Source: Nemertoderma westbladi (Eukaryota; Animalia; Xenacoelomorpha). From it: DNA of 64,000 nt. The DNA lies in the NCBI GenBank assembly GCA_032718475.1, contig JAUCBJ010007955.1, positions 169,869 through 233,868 on the forward strand. The letters are read 5' to 3'. Below the pieces are notes generated by a model that saw nothing but the letters and a program-made list of their open reading frames with translations, made no database searches and was not told the DNA's origin. The position numbers and the translations under genes are program-made. Below are positions 45,973-59,400 of the stretch, piece by piece (positions within the stretch are counted from its first letter, which is position 1; each line of letters begins with the position of its first letter).

Positions 45973-48660
45973 CTATAAACTCTTCGTTTCTGCTTTCGCA
46001 GTACCCCTTTCAAGTTGATCTATATATGTTATGGCTGGTCGTCCACGACTACGCTTTCCATGAGTTGGTTGCCAGAAAAGTAGATCTGGTATGACCTCAT
46101 CTTTACTTCGCCAGCAGTGCCCACTGAATCTTAATCTGCGTTCACGGAGGGTGGTTGATACAGGCGGTATTGTACCATAAAGCTCGGCGTTTGTCATGTG
46201 TTGTCTCCAGCTGATGTTTAGGGCTGCCCTTAGTAGTCTTGTGTAGCAACCATCAATTCGTTGTTCAAGTGATTTAGTCAGTGTCCAGGTCTCACCCCTG
46301 TATAAAAATACACTTTCCACTGTGGCTCGAAAGAACTTAGTCTTCAGCTGCATGGAGAGATCTGATTTCCAGATGGTATCCATTTTTGATAGAGCTACCC
46401 AAGCCTTTGCTTTCCTGACTTCTTTGTCCTTTTTGCTACTCTCTATCCATGATCCAAGGTACTGGAAGTCGTCGACCTTCCTTAGTTGATTATTATCAAT
46501 GGTTGTCAAGTTTCCATCAACATTAAAGGTCATGAATTCGGTCTTGGTAGCATTTATATGCAATCCAACCTCCTTAGCAGCCCTCTCCACTTTATTTAGT
46601 AGAAGCTGTGCTTCTGCTAGCGTATTAGATAGCATGGCGATGTCATCTGCAAGGTCGGTGTCTGTGACTGTAGTTGCCGGATATCTACTACTTCTGCATT
46701 CTTGAAGTGTGAATCCCAGATCTTCACCCTTTGTGGCCATCCTCATTGCATAATCCAGCACAATTACAAATAGTAATGGTGCTAATGTGTCACCTTACAG
46801 TACGCCAGCCAGGATTGAGAAAAACTCAGTTTCACCATCTGGTGAGAGTACCTGCTCTTCTGTGTCACAATATAACAATCCAATGCCAGCAACAATTACT
46901 TCTGGTATTCCATAAGCTCTTAGGATTTCAAGCATTTTACCCCTATGGATGGAGTCGAATGCCTTCATGAAGTCCACAAAAGTCATGACTGCGGGGAGAT
47001 TCTTTGACTTAATTCCTTCAATCAGTCTCCGTAGTGCAAGTATCTGAGCTATTGTTGATCTAGTTGGTCGAAATCCATTTTGGCTCTTACGCAGTAGTTT
47101 CTCTATGTGAGGCCTAATCCTATATAGAATCATTTTACTGTATATTTTGGCAGCTACCACAAGCAGACAGATCCCACGATAGTTTGTTGGTATGCCGAGG
47201 TCTCCTTTCTTGGGGAGAGGCTTTAGTTGACCTTTAGTCCAAATTGGTGGTCGCTTTTCCCCTTTTAACCGGTTGCAAACATTCAATAATGGTCTGTTTA
47301 GCACTCCGGTTTTGTCATATATTTTTCTTGTAGGGCTAACCTCGATGTTTGGTGGCTGCCCAAGCAAGTTGCTGAAGTGATTTTTGCACTTCCCAACACA
47401 TTCTTCAGGACTATCAGGACTATCTTTGAGGCGCCCCTTTGCACAACTTCTCCGCACAACCGCACAACTTTACCTCATTTACAGTTTGCCAGGTAAGTCT
47501 TGATTGTTGCTGTATGTGCTTCATTTCTTCAGTTGTAATTGCTTCAATTTTACCCTGTATGTACTTTTCCTGGCTGATGTTGTAGGCCAATTTAAGAACG
47601 TCCTTAACTTTCTCAACCTTGTTAATGTTTTCTGTTGTTGGTTGCTCCGTTTTAACTTTGTAAGCTATCTTAAGATCTTCTCTCTTACAAGTAACCTCAG
47701 AGTTTTGCCATGGCACATACTGTTTTCGTTTGGGTTTCTGGGGGATATGCCTCTTAGTTGATTCCTTGTGGACTGTTATTATATTCGGGTATATTGAATC
47801 GGTAGAATGGTCTTCATCCATTGACTGAAGTACTTCAAAGCTGTTTTGGACTTCTACTGTGTAAGCATCCTTTACAGCATTGGCCGAGTTTCTTACTGCT
47901 GAGCTTGTTACTAACGTCCATCCATTTCCAATGTCATTGTACTTCATGGCAGTGTCTTCATGACAAATCCGATGTTCTTGGATGCAGATGATGTCGATGT
48001 TATATTCTATTGCCAGAGCGACTATGTCACCCTGTTTGGTGTGTGCTTTCAGCGTGCGTGCGTTCATTGTAGCAATCTTTAGTGTCTTTTTACATTTCAA
48101 CAGGTTGGTTCTTCTTTCTTCTCTGTCTTCTGTTCCAGTAGCCAATTTATCGACACCAGCCTGGTGTACCACTGAGGGATGCGGTCCTTGTTGACCCGAA
48201 TGACGACCGAGCCGGTATTTCTCCTGGAGGGTTCTCATACTCATATCTTTCAGTTGCGAGAGTAAACCGCTTGTGGTCATAACTCCTACAAGCTTCTTCA
48301 CAGTAGGTCGCCGTTGGTTGATTACCTTCCACCGACCTTGTCAGCATGCCTAGCCGTTGGTTGATTACCTTCCACCTATCCTTGGCCTACAGCCTTGCTG
48401 CCGACTGTAGGGGTCCTTTTGTTACACCTTGAACCAAGTGTGCCTCCTGGGTTAGGTTACCTAACACTGGTAGAGGAGCATCCAGTATAGACAGAGCGGG
48501 GCATGTATCATCTCTATTGCAGATGCGTATCAAGTCTTTGCCTTCAATGGTGCCCTAGGCGCTATAGCCCTTATCGGGCATGCCCTACGGGCTGACAGCT
48601 ACAGGTAGTACCACATTACTGCCATAGTGGTAGCAGGATCTGGGGACCTGACCTGTCCTG
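45973..48660 (-). mobile_element. Near-full-length RTE-clade LINE (APE endonuclease and RT), decayed
   Basis: IATMNARTL, CIQEHR, PKKGD..NYRGI, QNGFR, VDFMKAFDS, GVL*GDTLAP, DLADD and LRFSGHC. Confidence 0.92.
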
Positions 48661-51600
48661 ACTACAGTACAGTAGTGTACTACAGTTGGCGTACTGGCTG
48701 CTGGTTTCAGATGGTTTCAGCTAGTTCAGTATTTCATTTTGTACCGGGATTATCATCAGAGTCTCTGAATTTACCTCCTTGAATAATTTACCATATTAAA
48801 GAAATCCGTATGCCTACATGTATAATCCGTAATTGCCTAAAACTAAAGTACAGCATTTTGTACTAGATAGTGCTAATATGTAACACTGGACAGACAGCAG
48901 TTATACATTTTAGTAGTGTAACAGTAGCCTATGCGGACCAGGGGAATATTAAGGGGGTGCAACGGGTGCAGGCGCACCCGAGCCGCCACCGCCAAGGTAC
49001 CGCCAGGTGCTTTTGTTCCCAAGGTTCCACAGGCACCTTGGCAATATAATGTATCAAATACATTATTTTCTACATTATTTATTATATTATTTTTACCGGA
49101 ATAAGCCACTAACAAACCATTTTGTTATTAAATCACCTATGGCTTGTAACAACAATGCTATTATCTATCGTTATTTATATCTACTAGCCCATCGCCCATG
49201 TCATAAATATTCATTCCAGAACATATATTTCTTTAACATGGGGTGAAATAGTCAGCTCGTAGTGGCAGAAACAAGTAGAAACATAATAAAGTAAACATGA
49301 GTTGATTCTATTGGTTGTGTGGTAACTGGAGTTGGGCAACCCCATGTGTGGGCCTTCCATCCAACGCTAACATGTATTGCAACTGTACAGTACAATGTTA
49401 CGAATGTCAGTGAAACTAAATAGGAGGGCCCTTAGTAGTCAACGCGAACGGGAGCGCAGCCAATGTCGTAAATATTCATTCCAGAACATGTATAATTAAC
49501 ATGGGGTATATGCAGTTCATTAGTGGCACAGACAAGGAGACACTTAGTATATTGAAGGTGAATTTATTCTATTGGCTGTCTGTCTCGACGGCTCTGGGCT
49601 ATCCCAGTGAGCGTATACAATAGGGCTTCCCTCTAATAATGGTAACACAATGCTATATATTACTATAGTAGTATTATTTTTCATGGCTTGCGTCTATGGG
49701 CGTATTAATCTGTAGTATTTATTATTGTAACTGCAACTGTGTTGTTAATAATATTTCTTATAATTGTATATATTTGCGGCTAATACATTTTACTACTTTA
49801 ATTTTTTAATTAATTAGTTAAACTAGTTTTAATTTATTAATTGGCTATTTTAATTTCTACATAAAATATCAGTATATAAAAAGTTTAAAAAAGTGTAAAT
49901 AAAAAAGTTTCCAAAAGTTATCATTAGTTTATTTTGCCAATTTACAAATTTATAAAACCTTAATTTTGGTTACTTATTGCAGGTTTTGTTACATTTTGTT
50001 TTATACTTTCGGTTTGTAAGTTTTCAGTTTGTCCCACAAACTTAAATTTGTAAAATAAAAAGCTCTGTTAGGCCGCAATGCATAAAACAGATACAATTGA
50101 ATGGTGTTTCCAAATCTGAAAACCGCTATTTAATAGCTCTTTTACAAGTTATAACAATTTCCATTGAGGGAATCCTATTGAAATTACTATTACTATGTAT
50201 AATGAAAGGTCGATTATCTCCAAATATTTTTTTATGAAATTGTCAACTTTAAAACCCTACTACTTCCACAATTTTTGAGTAATTACTATGAAACTTTCTG
50301 TGGGTGTCTACATAGCCACCCTTTACTAATAGTAGCCACCCACAACTTTTCTAATTTTTTTGTTAATAAAATTGAATACTATTTATCCTAGCGGTGCAGA
50401 ATTATTTTCACAAAATTTCGCCTGATAGTTATGTTGCCCAATCTTTGATCTATCATATAAAAAAACTTTCCTGTGATTAGGTTCAAAACTCTTAAAGCCT
50501 TAGGGTTTTTAGCCAAAACCAAACAATTTTGAAATAATTACTGCTCACAAATCCTAATACCACTGCATGGGAAAAAAAGCGCGAATCCCATTACTGTCGG
50601 CTCTCCGTGAATATTTTGGACTCATAAAAATTCTGTACATTTTCGGATCTTGATCTACCATTTCTAAATTATGCTGACATAAAAATAAATCCACGAACGA
50701 ATAACATAAACATTCCCATCACCAAAAACAAATACGGACATGAAAGCTTAACTGTAAATCTAATTGAAGTATGGAATGAACTACCCCTTTATATTACGAA
50801 TTCAAAATCACTTAAAATATTCTGTATAAATTTAAAAAGCATCTATCTATGAAAGTATGAACGTCATGAAATTACATAAAAAATATAAATCTATATATAA
50901 AAGAAATTAAAAAAATAACTATCAGCCCAATAAACGAATGTTTTACTAACATTATACTAAGTCTAACAGCAGTTTATTTTGCTATAAAGATACTATTACT
51001 AACCTTTACCTAGTTAATTACAGTACATAGTAATATATATAGGCCTATATCTTGGATACATGTTGCCCTGTGATGCTTATTCAGTGCAATTAACAGTAGG
51101 TACCATGTGTGTGTACAAACTGCCTCAAGGTATCTATATCCCATGAGTGTTACTGAATAAAAGAAAACATTCAATTCAATTCAATTCATTTACATTTAAT
51201 CATTAGAAAGCCTCCATTACAAGGATTTATCATACAGTATTTAATAATTATATATCGTTCTGGAACATTATCTTTATATATTGTGCAGCTACGCAATAGA
51301 CATACATAGCGTTGTTGTTGTTGCACACATAGTTATGAGATAAATAATGCGTTCTAGAATGTTTTGTATTTGTAAAATAATAATAAAACAATAATAATTA
51401 TTTATTACATGGGAAAAAAAGTCGAACTTTTTTATCATTAATCTCGAGGCATTTTATCTACCGAGCGTCAGCGAAGTTAATAAAGGGTCGAGGGAATATT
51501 GAAAAAAAAAACGAATGTTCTACGTTTTTTTTCCCATGTAATACGTAATTTTATTTTTAAATTGGTACGTTTTTGTTGCTAAATTCTGTAAAAAAACATA

Positions 51601-52374
51601 GCGATATACTACAGTACAGTAGTGTTACAAAATAAATTAAATTGAACTGCAATATTTTACTATATTGCTTCCATAGTTACTGAAATTTAAATTATTGTAC
51701 TCTTCAATTCCTGATACTGCTTTACTCAATGTTAATTAATTTAATGTTCTCGAATGTGTATTACGTAACTAGAGAGCCGCTTAACTACATAAACCAATAT
51801 TGGAGATTGAGTTCCGCTTTGGAGTACGCCGCGCAGACGCTAAAGTTGCAATAACTTTTGAGTGTTTGAATAGATTTTCCTCAAATTACTTTCAAACCTT
51901 TTCTACGTCGATGCTCTTTCACCACATGTAATAAAATTTAACAAAATCCAACAAAAATATTTTACTTTACTTTTTTCGCCGGGAAAAAAGGTAAAATCAA
52001 TGCATATTCCTATTGATTGCTTTTTTTTTCTCTAGGGAAAAAAGTGAAACTTTTTCTCCCCTGTTAGTTAATAAATTTCACTTATATTCGATATAATACA
52101 TTAATAAAATGTATAAATGAGCATCCATATAATCCTTTCTTCACATACTGAACGCTGATAGTTGACATAATGTAACAAAATTACATACCATACATCATTG
52201 TGTGCAAAGGTCACTTTTGAGCGTTAAAGACCCTTATTTATTTATGTAAACCTCATTCGCTGCGGTCGCTCAGTACATAACGCTGCAAAGTGCTACTTTG
52301 CACACAATGATGTAAATAGTTAAATCATCCTTAAAGCCTATTTATTTGATAATTTCTTATTTCTATTTATTTAG

Positions 52375-52468
52375 GATACAAGGCAGCATACCTAATTGCA
52401 AACCTTCTGTGGGTAACAATAGGTATCCCTGACAATATGTTACTAATTGCAGCTTTAGCAATGTACAG
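52375..52468 (+). CDS. Class A GPCR exon 2 (TM1)
   Basis: YKAAYLIANLLWVTIGIPDNMLLIAALAMY; AG/GT boundaries with compatible phases. Confidence 0.82.
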
Positions 52469-52744
52469 GTAATTTTGCATACATAAATTAATCTACACTA
52501 TACTTGTGAAGCTAAGCCAGTTTGATATATAATTTTTTATTGAAATTGATTTTTTACGTATGGACTGTAGAAATAAGTGCTAAACGAAATAAATGTATAG
52601 ATGATAGTGGCATAATTATTTATGGTAAATGCCAATGGTTCAGAGAATGATGCCCTGTTGCTGATAATGATGGCAATGGAGGAACATGTTCAGTGGACAT
52701 ATTCCTAGTCCCAATCTAAAAGTTTTCGATCGCCTCATCGACCA

Positions 52745-55150
52745 AACACTAGCCTCTACAGTCCTAGAAAGAGGACTGGGAGTGAGGAGGTGGACAACAA
52801 TAGCTTCTACACTGCTGGAGATAGGACTGGGAGTGAGGGGGTTGACAACAGTAGCGTCTATACTCATGGAGATAGGACTGGGAGTGAGGGGGTTGACAAC
52901 AGTAGCGTCTATACTCCTGGAGATAGGACTGGGAGTGACGAGGTTGACAACAGTAGCTTCTACACTCCTGGAGATAGGACTGGGAGTGAGGAGGTTGACA
53001 ACAGTAGCTTCTACACTCCTGGAGAGAGGACTGGGAGTGAGGGGGTTGACAACAGTAGCTTGTATACTACTGGAGAGAGGAGTGGGGGTGAGGGGGTTGA
53101 CAACAATAGGTTCTATACTCCTGGAGAGATGACTGGGAGTGAGGAGGTTGACAACAGTAGCTTCTACACTCCTGGAGAGAGGACTGGGAGTGAGGGGGTT
53201 GACAACAGTAGTTTCTACACTCCTGGAAAGAGGTCTGGGTGTAAGGGGGTTGACAACAGTAGTTTCTACACTCCTGGAGAGAGGACTGGGAGTGAGGGGG
53301 TTGACAACAGTAGCTTCTACACTCCTGGAGAAAGGACTGGGAGTGAGGGGGTTGACAACAATAATTTGTATACTCCTGGAGAGAGAGGACTGGGAGTGAG
53401 GGGGTTGACAACAGTAGTTTCTACACTCCTGGAGAGAGGACTGGGAGTGAGGGGGTTGACAACAGTAGCTTCTACACTCCTGGAGAAAGGACTGGGAGTG
53501 AGGGGGTTGACAACAATAATTTGTATACTCCTGGAGAGAGAGGACTGGGAGTGAGGGGGTTGACAACAATAATTTGTATACTCCTGGAGAGAGAGGACTG
53601 GGAGTGAGGGGGTTGACAACAGTAGCTTCTACACTCCTGGAGAAAGGACTGGGAGTGAGGGGGTTGACAACAATAATTTGTATACTCCTGGAGAGAGAGG
53701 ACTGGGAGTGAGGGGGTTGACAACAGTAGCTTCTATACTCCTGGAGAGAGGACTGGGAGTGAGGGGTTGACAACAGTAGCTTGTATACTCCTGGAGAGAG
53801 GAGTGGGGGTGAGGGGGTTGACAACAATAGGTTCTACACTCCTGGAGAGAGGCCTGGGAATGAGGTGGTTGACAATAGTAGCTTTTACACTCTTGGAGAG
53901 AGGACTGGGAGTGAGGGGGTTGACAACAGTAGCTTTTACGCTCCTGAAGAGAGGACTGGGAGTGAGGAGGTTGACAATAGTAGCTTCTACACTCTTGGAG
54001 AGAAGACTGGGGGTGAGGGGGTTGATGACAGTAGCTTCTACACTCCTGGAGTGAGGACTGGTAGTGAGGGGGTTGACAACAGTAGCTTCTACACTTATAG
54101 AGATAGGACTGGGAGTGAGGGGGTTGACAACAGTAGCTTCTACACTTCTGGAGAGAGGACTGGGAGTGAGGGGGTTGACAACAGTAGATCTTACACTCCT
54201 GGAGAGAGGACTGGGAGTGAGGGGGTTGACAATAGTAGCTTATACTCTCCTGGAGCGAGGACTGGGAGTGAGAGGGTTGACAACAGTAGCTTTTACACTC
54301 CTGGAGCGAGGACTGGGAGTGAGGGGGTTGACAACAGTAGCTTCTACACTTATAGAGATAGGACTGGGAGTGAGGAGGTTGACAACAGTAGCTACTACAC
54401 TCCTGAAGAGAGAGAGGACTGGAAATGAGGGTGTAGACAACAGTAGCTTCTACACTCCAGGAGAGAGGACTGGGAGTGAGGGGTGGACAACAGTAGCTTC
54501 TACACTCCTGGACAAGGACTGGGAGTGAGGGGGTTGACAATAATAGCTTTTACACTCCTGGAGAGAGAACTTGGAGTGAGGGGGTTGACAACAGTAGCTT
54601 TTACACTCCTGGAGAGAGGACTGGAAGTGAGGGGGTTGACAACAGTAGCTTTTACACTCCTGGAGAGAGGACTGGGAGTGTGGGATTGAAACAGTAGCTT
54701 TTCCACTCCTGTAGAGAGGACTGGAAGTGAGGGGGTTGACAACAGTAGCTTTTACACTCCTGGAGAGAGGACTGGGAGTGAGGAGGTTGATAACAGTAGC
54801 TTTTACACTCCTGGAGAGAGGACTGGAAGTGAGGGGGTTGACAACAGTAGCTTTTACACTCCTGGAGAGAGAGGACTGGGAGTGAGGGGGTTGACAACGA
54901 TAGCTTCTACACTCCTGGAGAGAGGACTGGGAGTGAGGGGGTTGACAACAGTAGCCTCTACACTCTTGGAGATAGGACTGGGAGTGAGGGGGTTGACAAC
55001 AGTAGCTTCTACACTCCTGGACGACTGTGAGTGAGGGGGTTGACAACAGTAGCTTCTACATTCCTGGAGAGAGACTGGGAGTGAGGGGGTTGACAAAAGT
55101 AGCTTCTATACTCCTGGAGATAGTACTGGGATTGAGGGGGTTGACAACTG
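52745..55150. repeat. Intronic satellite, 51-bp unit (CTCCTGGAGAGAGGACTGGGAGTGAGGGGGTTGACAACAGTAGCTTCTACA)
   Basis: About 47 tandem copies, with some 53-bp variants. Confidence 0.97.
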
Positions 55151-55411
55151 TAAAAGAGCCTTATCATAAATCATAAATCATAAAGAGCCTTATCACATAT
55201 TTATAGTCTCAGAAGCGATTATCTTAAGTGTTGATCCAAGGCAGCATATTGTAGGCAGCATAGAGTAGTCTTGACTTAAATTAGTTTCATTCCATTATTT
55301 CAGGAATACGTCAATAACTGAAAAGTTGAGACAAAAAATAACAACAAATATGTTTCCAACAAATTGAATATTGTCGTGACAACTATATATGCACTGTATA
55401 TTAATAGCACA

Positions 55412-55867
55412 ACTACTACTACTAGGATCGGCATGCTGCATTGCAGCTGCATTTTTAAGAATGCTGTGCCGGCTTGTCAACAAAACTGTGCCTCCACAAC
55501 TCCCTATCACCCATGACATTTGCTAGATCATCCACATCTTCAAGGCCAGTGTCATTTAAGATGCATCTCAAGAAAGTCATGGGCTGTCCACCATTCTTAT
55601 TCACTCCATGAGGCTGCCAAAGTACAAGATTATGCACTGGCTGGTCCTCACGGCGAAAGCAATGTCCTGCAAAGCGGAGGCGATTTTGTTCTAGTGTCAA
55701 GCTTGGGGGAACTAAAGAGACACCTCCGATGTTATATAGTGTCTGGTTAGAGATGTGTGCATTGTACTTGACACAATGAACCCGGCGTAGCATTCTTGTG
55801 ATTGTGCCATCCAGAGATTTGGTGTCCTCAGCAGTTAGAGCCCAGCATGGACTCCCATAGAGGAGTA
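55412..55867 (-). mobile_element. 5'-truncated RTE LINE (same family as 27368-28002)
   Basis: LLYGSPCWALT...DKPAQHS followed by an (AGT)n tail. Confidence 0.9.
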
Positions 55868-56076
55868 AATTAACTAGTAAATTAAGTAGTAAACTAAGTA
55901 AATTACGTTTAATTACTGTAGAAAAAAATATTAAAAAAAGGCCACTAGGTTTAATTACATAATCAATATGTGGGAAAACCACCACTACTTCAATGAGTGA
56001 ATGATCTCAAAGGTCATTATGTGATTAAATTTACCACTGTATTTGGTGGCATTAAAGCCCATATTTGTATTTTCAG

Positions 56077-56260
56077 AGAGCTCAGGCACAAACACAATGT
56101 CATACTTGCTAATTTGGCTGTGGCAGATTTGATTGTGATTATCGTTGCCGGTGGAGGTACTATCACTTCTGTTATATCGGATGGTGAAATCTACAACATG
56201 GAATTTTTTAAAGGGTGGTGGTGTGAAGTTGATGCATGCATTTGTACTATCACCTGTCAG
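56077..56260 (+). CDS. Class A GPCR exon 3 (TM2 to TM3)
   Basis: ELRHKHNVILANLAVADL...WWCEVDACICTITCQ; TTTCAG acceptor, GTAATG donor. Confidence 0.9.
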
Positions 56261-56464
56261 GTAATGCATTGAATGAATTAATAATATGGTGATCGTCACT
56301 TTTTTCAGATCCTTCCCTTTAAAGTACTAGGCGGTAACATATTGGAACAGTGTTCTTTCTTTGTTTAACTTACAATTGGGAATGGATGACTTACTCACTG
56401 TTGAAAGCTTGTATACCAGCTTGTACTGTGTATACTGTTTATATAGTACTGTTTGTACTGTGTA

Positions 56465-59400
56465 TTTATTTTTTTTTTTTTTATTTACTCGAAAGCCAAC
56501 GAATATTATGATATAAACAAACAATAATTCAAATATAAAAACGCACATAAACAAGTACAAATATAAAAATGCACATAAACAAGTACAAATATAACCCACC
56601 ACCATAACCAGCTGATTCAAACTGTTACCTAGCAACAATACAAATTGGTTCAGTATACATCACCATTCTGCCACTCTGCCACTGCCGGTACCCAACAAAC
56701 CCACCAGACCTCTAACATCTAAACCGTCCCGGGGTCCGAGTCTGCGTTCGCCCACACAATGGACGCGTCCACCACCACTGCCCGCACCGGTCTTCTAGCG
56801 GCCGACCGGAACCCACGGAGGCACATCAAGGACCTGTGAGTGTAGACTGTAGAGTGTTCTCATGTCCACTCTGAGTGCACTCCACTGCGACCTGCACCTG
56901 GCAGCAGGGGTACAGGGCATGACCCAGCAGATGAGCTGCACAGCCAATGGTGGGTCATGTGCGCCAGAGTTGATATGGGTGATGGGCCTCATATCTGACT
57001 CCACTGCGACACCCACCCTATGGAATGGCAAACCAGGGTGTGGTATTTGCCCCGAGAGCTCAGCACCCCCCAACCCCCACTATGGATTAGTAATGCGGAG
57101 GTCCAGCCACTAGAGGCCAGTGGAATGACTGGACACAATCGGCCTCACAGGCGTCAGTTATCTCCTGACCGGCTCCCTGTCTCACCCCCTACTGGAGAGA
57201 GAGCAGCAAAACATTCTTTGAGTCCCTTTCCTGATGACCTTTCTGGCCCAAACCCTGGGTCACCAGGGAGGCCAGATTGTGAGGGGGAGAGGGATTCTGG
57301 AGTTGGAAGCTACTCTCATGTTCCACCCCTACCAACAAGGCCATTGGTGAATCTGAGGCAAGTCACTGGACTAGCCACAGTAAACACCCTAACACTCGGG
57401 TCCCCAATGCGACAAGGTGAGCTGACTGCCTTGGCAGATAAGCTTTCTCTTAGTGCAGTGGGTGTTCAAGAGCACCGAATGCAAACTGGACAGACTGATG
57501 AGGTTCTGATTAAGGACATGGGGGCGGTTGGCGACTCGCCCTCGCTTCAGCAGATGATAGTGGCAATGGTGGAATTGGTCTATTGATGAATCCAACTGAA
57601 CATGCAGCATTGGACAAAATAGACCAAATCTCTAACCGCATCATCCGTTGCCACTTCTCATGTTCTGGAAGACTGGCTAAGAAGTTTCCTAAGGTGGTTC
57701 TGATGGTGTGCTACTCTCCAACTAGTGTTGCCCCTGTAGAGGAGGTGGAAAATTTCTACCAGAATCTACAAGCAGCTACTGATGGAGTGGATCAGCATGC
57801 ATTCTTAACATTCCTGGGAGACTTTAATGCAAGTCTGCATCAATCACCTACATCACCCTGGGTCTATAGCAATAGTGTTAACCGAAATTCGGTCCATCTT
57901 CAGGATTTATCTCTGGAAATGGATTGTTTTCGGCTGGAACCCAGTTCAAGAAACGACCTGGAAAGCTATGGACTCATAGTGGACCCAGTGATCACAAGTC
58001 CCAGATAGACCATATTCTGTTTTGTAGGAAATACAGGAGCTCTATACAAGACTGTAATGCATCTACACTACGACCCTTCTCCAGTGATCACCGCCTTATT
58101 GTGGCCAAGACTTAGTCTACGTGCTAGCAGAACAACGAAATCTGCCTTGCCGCGGCATGACTGGTCCTCTCTGTTGCAACAGCCAAGTGTGAGATCCAGC
58201 TTCACACTACAGCTGAGCAACAGGTATGAGGTTCTTGCCTCTGAGGCGGCAGATCACTGTGACGGCTATACTGCCTTCACAGAGGCAGTTAAGTTAGCAG
58301 CTGCAGAAACAGTTCCTGTATACCCTCGAAACAGGAAACAGGCCCCCTGGACTGACAACAAAATTCAGAAGTGCCGAAATGACCTCTACAAGGCGCAGAA
58401 AGAGTCCCGACTACAGCGGCCAAGAATGCAGTTAAGGCTGCATCTAGGTCCCTGAACAGGCAGTACTCTGTTAATTTACAGGAGCTAATAAACCAACAGG
58501 TTGATGCCATCAATGATGCTGACGACAGCAGGCAATCATCCCAGGCATGGAGATCGATCAACTTGCTTGCTGGTCGAAAAGGCCAACCAACCACCAAGGT
58601 TAAGGCTGAATCACCAGCCAATCGCCTCAATGGTTGGAAGGCCCACTTTGAAAAGCTCCTCAATAATGACAGGGTATTGCCTGATAACTTTATAGAAGTA
58701 AAAGTGTCTGAGTCTGTACTCCCAGATATTCCCATTGGTGATTTCTCCTTTGCAGAAGTGAAGGCTGCTGCAAAGAGCATTAAGACCAATCGTGCCAGTG
58801 GAGTAGATGGTGTTCCCCCTGAGGTCTTTAAAATACCTGAGTGTTTAAAGCTCATCTATCCCATCATAGTAGACATGTACCGAACAAGAAGAGTCCCACA
58901 AGAAATGAAAACAAATAAGTTGGTGCTAGTTCCCAAGAAGGGCAACCTAACACTCTGTGGTTCTTTTCGGGGAATCTCATTGATCTCGATTGCTGCAAAG
59001 CTATACAATAGAATTCTATTAAATCGCATCAGGGATCCCATTGAGAGACTGCTCCGTGGAAATCAGAATGGGTTCCATAAAGGTCGTGGGATTTTGGCAC
59101 TTAGAAGGATAATTGAAGAGTTATCAAAAAAGAAAGACAGGCATCTATCTGGCTGTTATCTTTGTTGACTTCTTCAAGGACTTTGATTCAGTCTCTAGCT
59201 CACGTATGTTCAGCATACTTTCATTATATGGGATTCCTGATGAACTTATTGCAAGCAATCAGATCAGTATACGATGGTTCGACAACATTTGCGTCTACTG
59301 TTGACGATGACACAGAACCATTTGAAGTGTTATGGGGCGTCCTCCAGGGAGACACACTTGCACCATTCTTGTTCATAATTGTTGTTGACTATGTTCTACG

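Noticed and set aside
48330-48660. HDV-like ribozyme in RTE 5' UTRs (also 56834-57100)
   Set aside because: Expected for some RTEs, but I could not build a convincing nested double pseudoknot by eye; a covariance-model search is needed.
52640-55096. Many Cys- or Ser-rich ORFs resembling keratin-associated or mucin proteins
   Set aside because: Artefact of a 51-bp satellite (a multiple of 3) that is open on both strands inside a GPCR intron.
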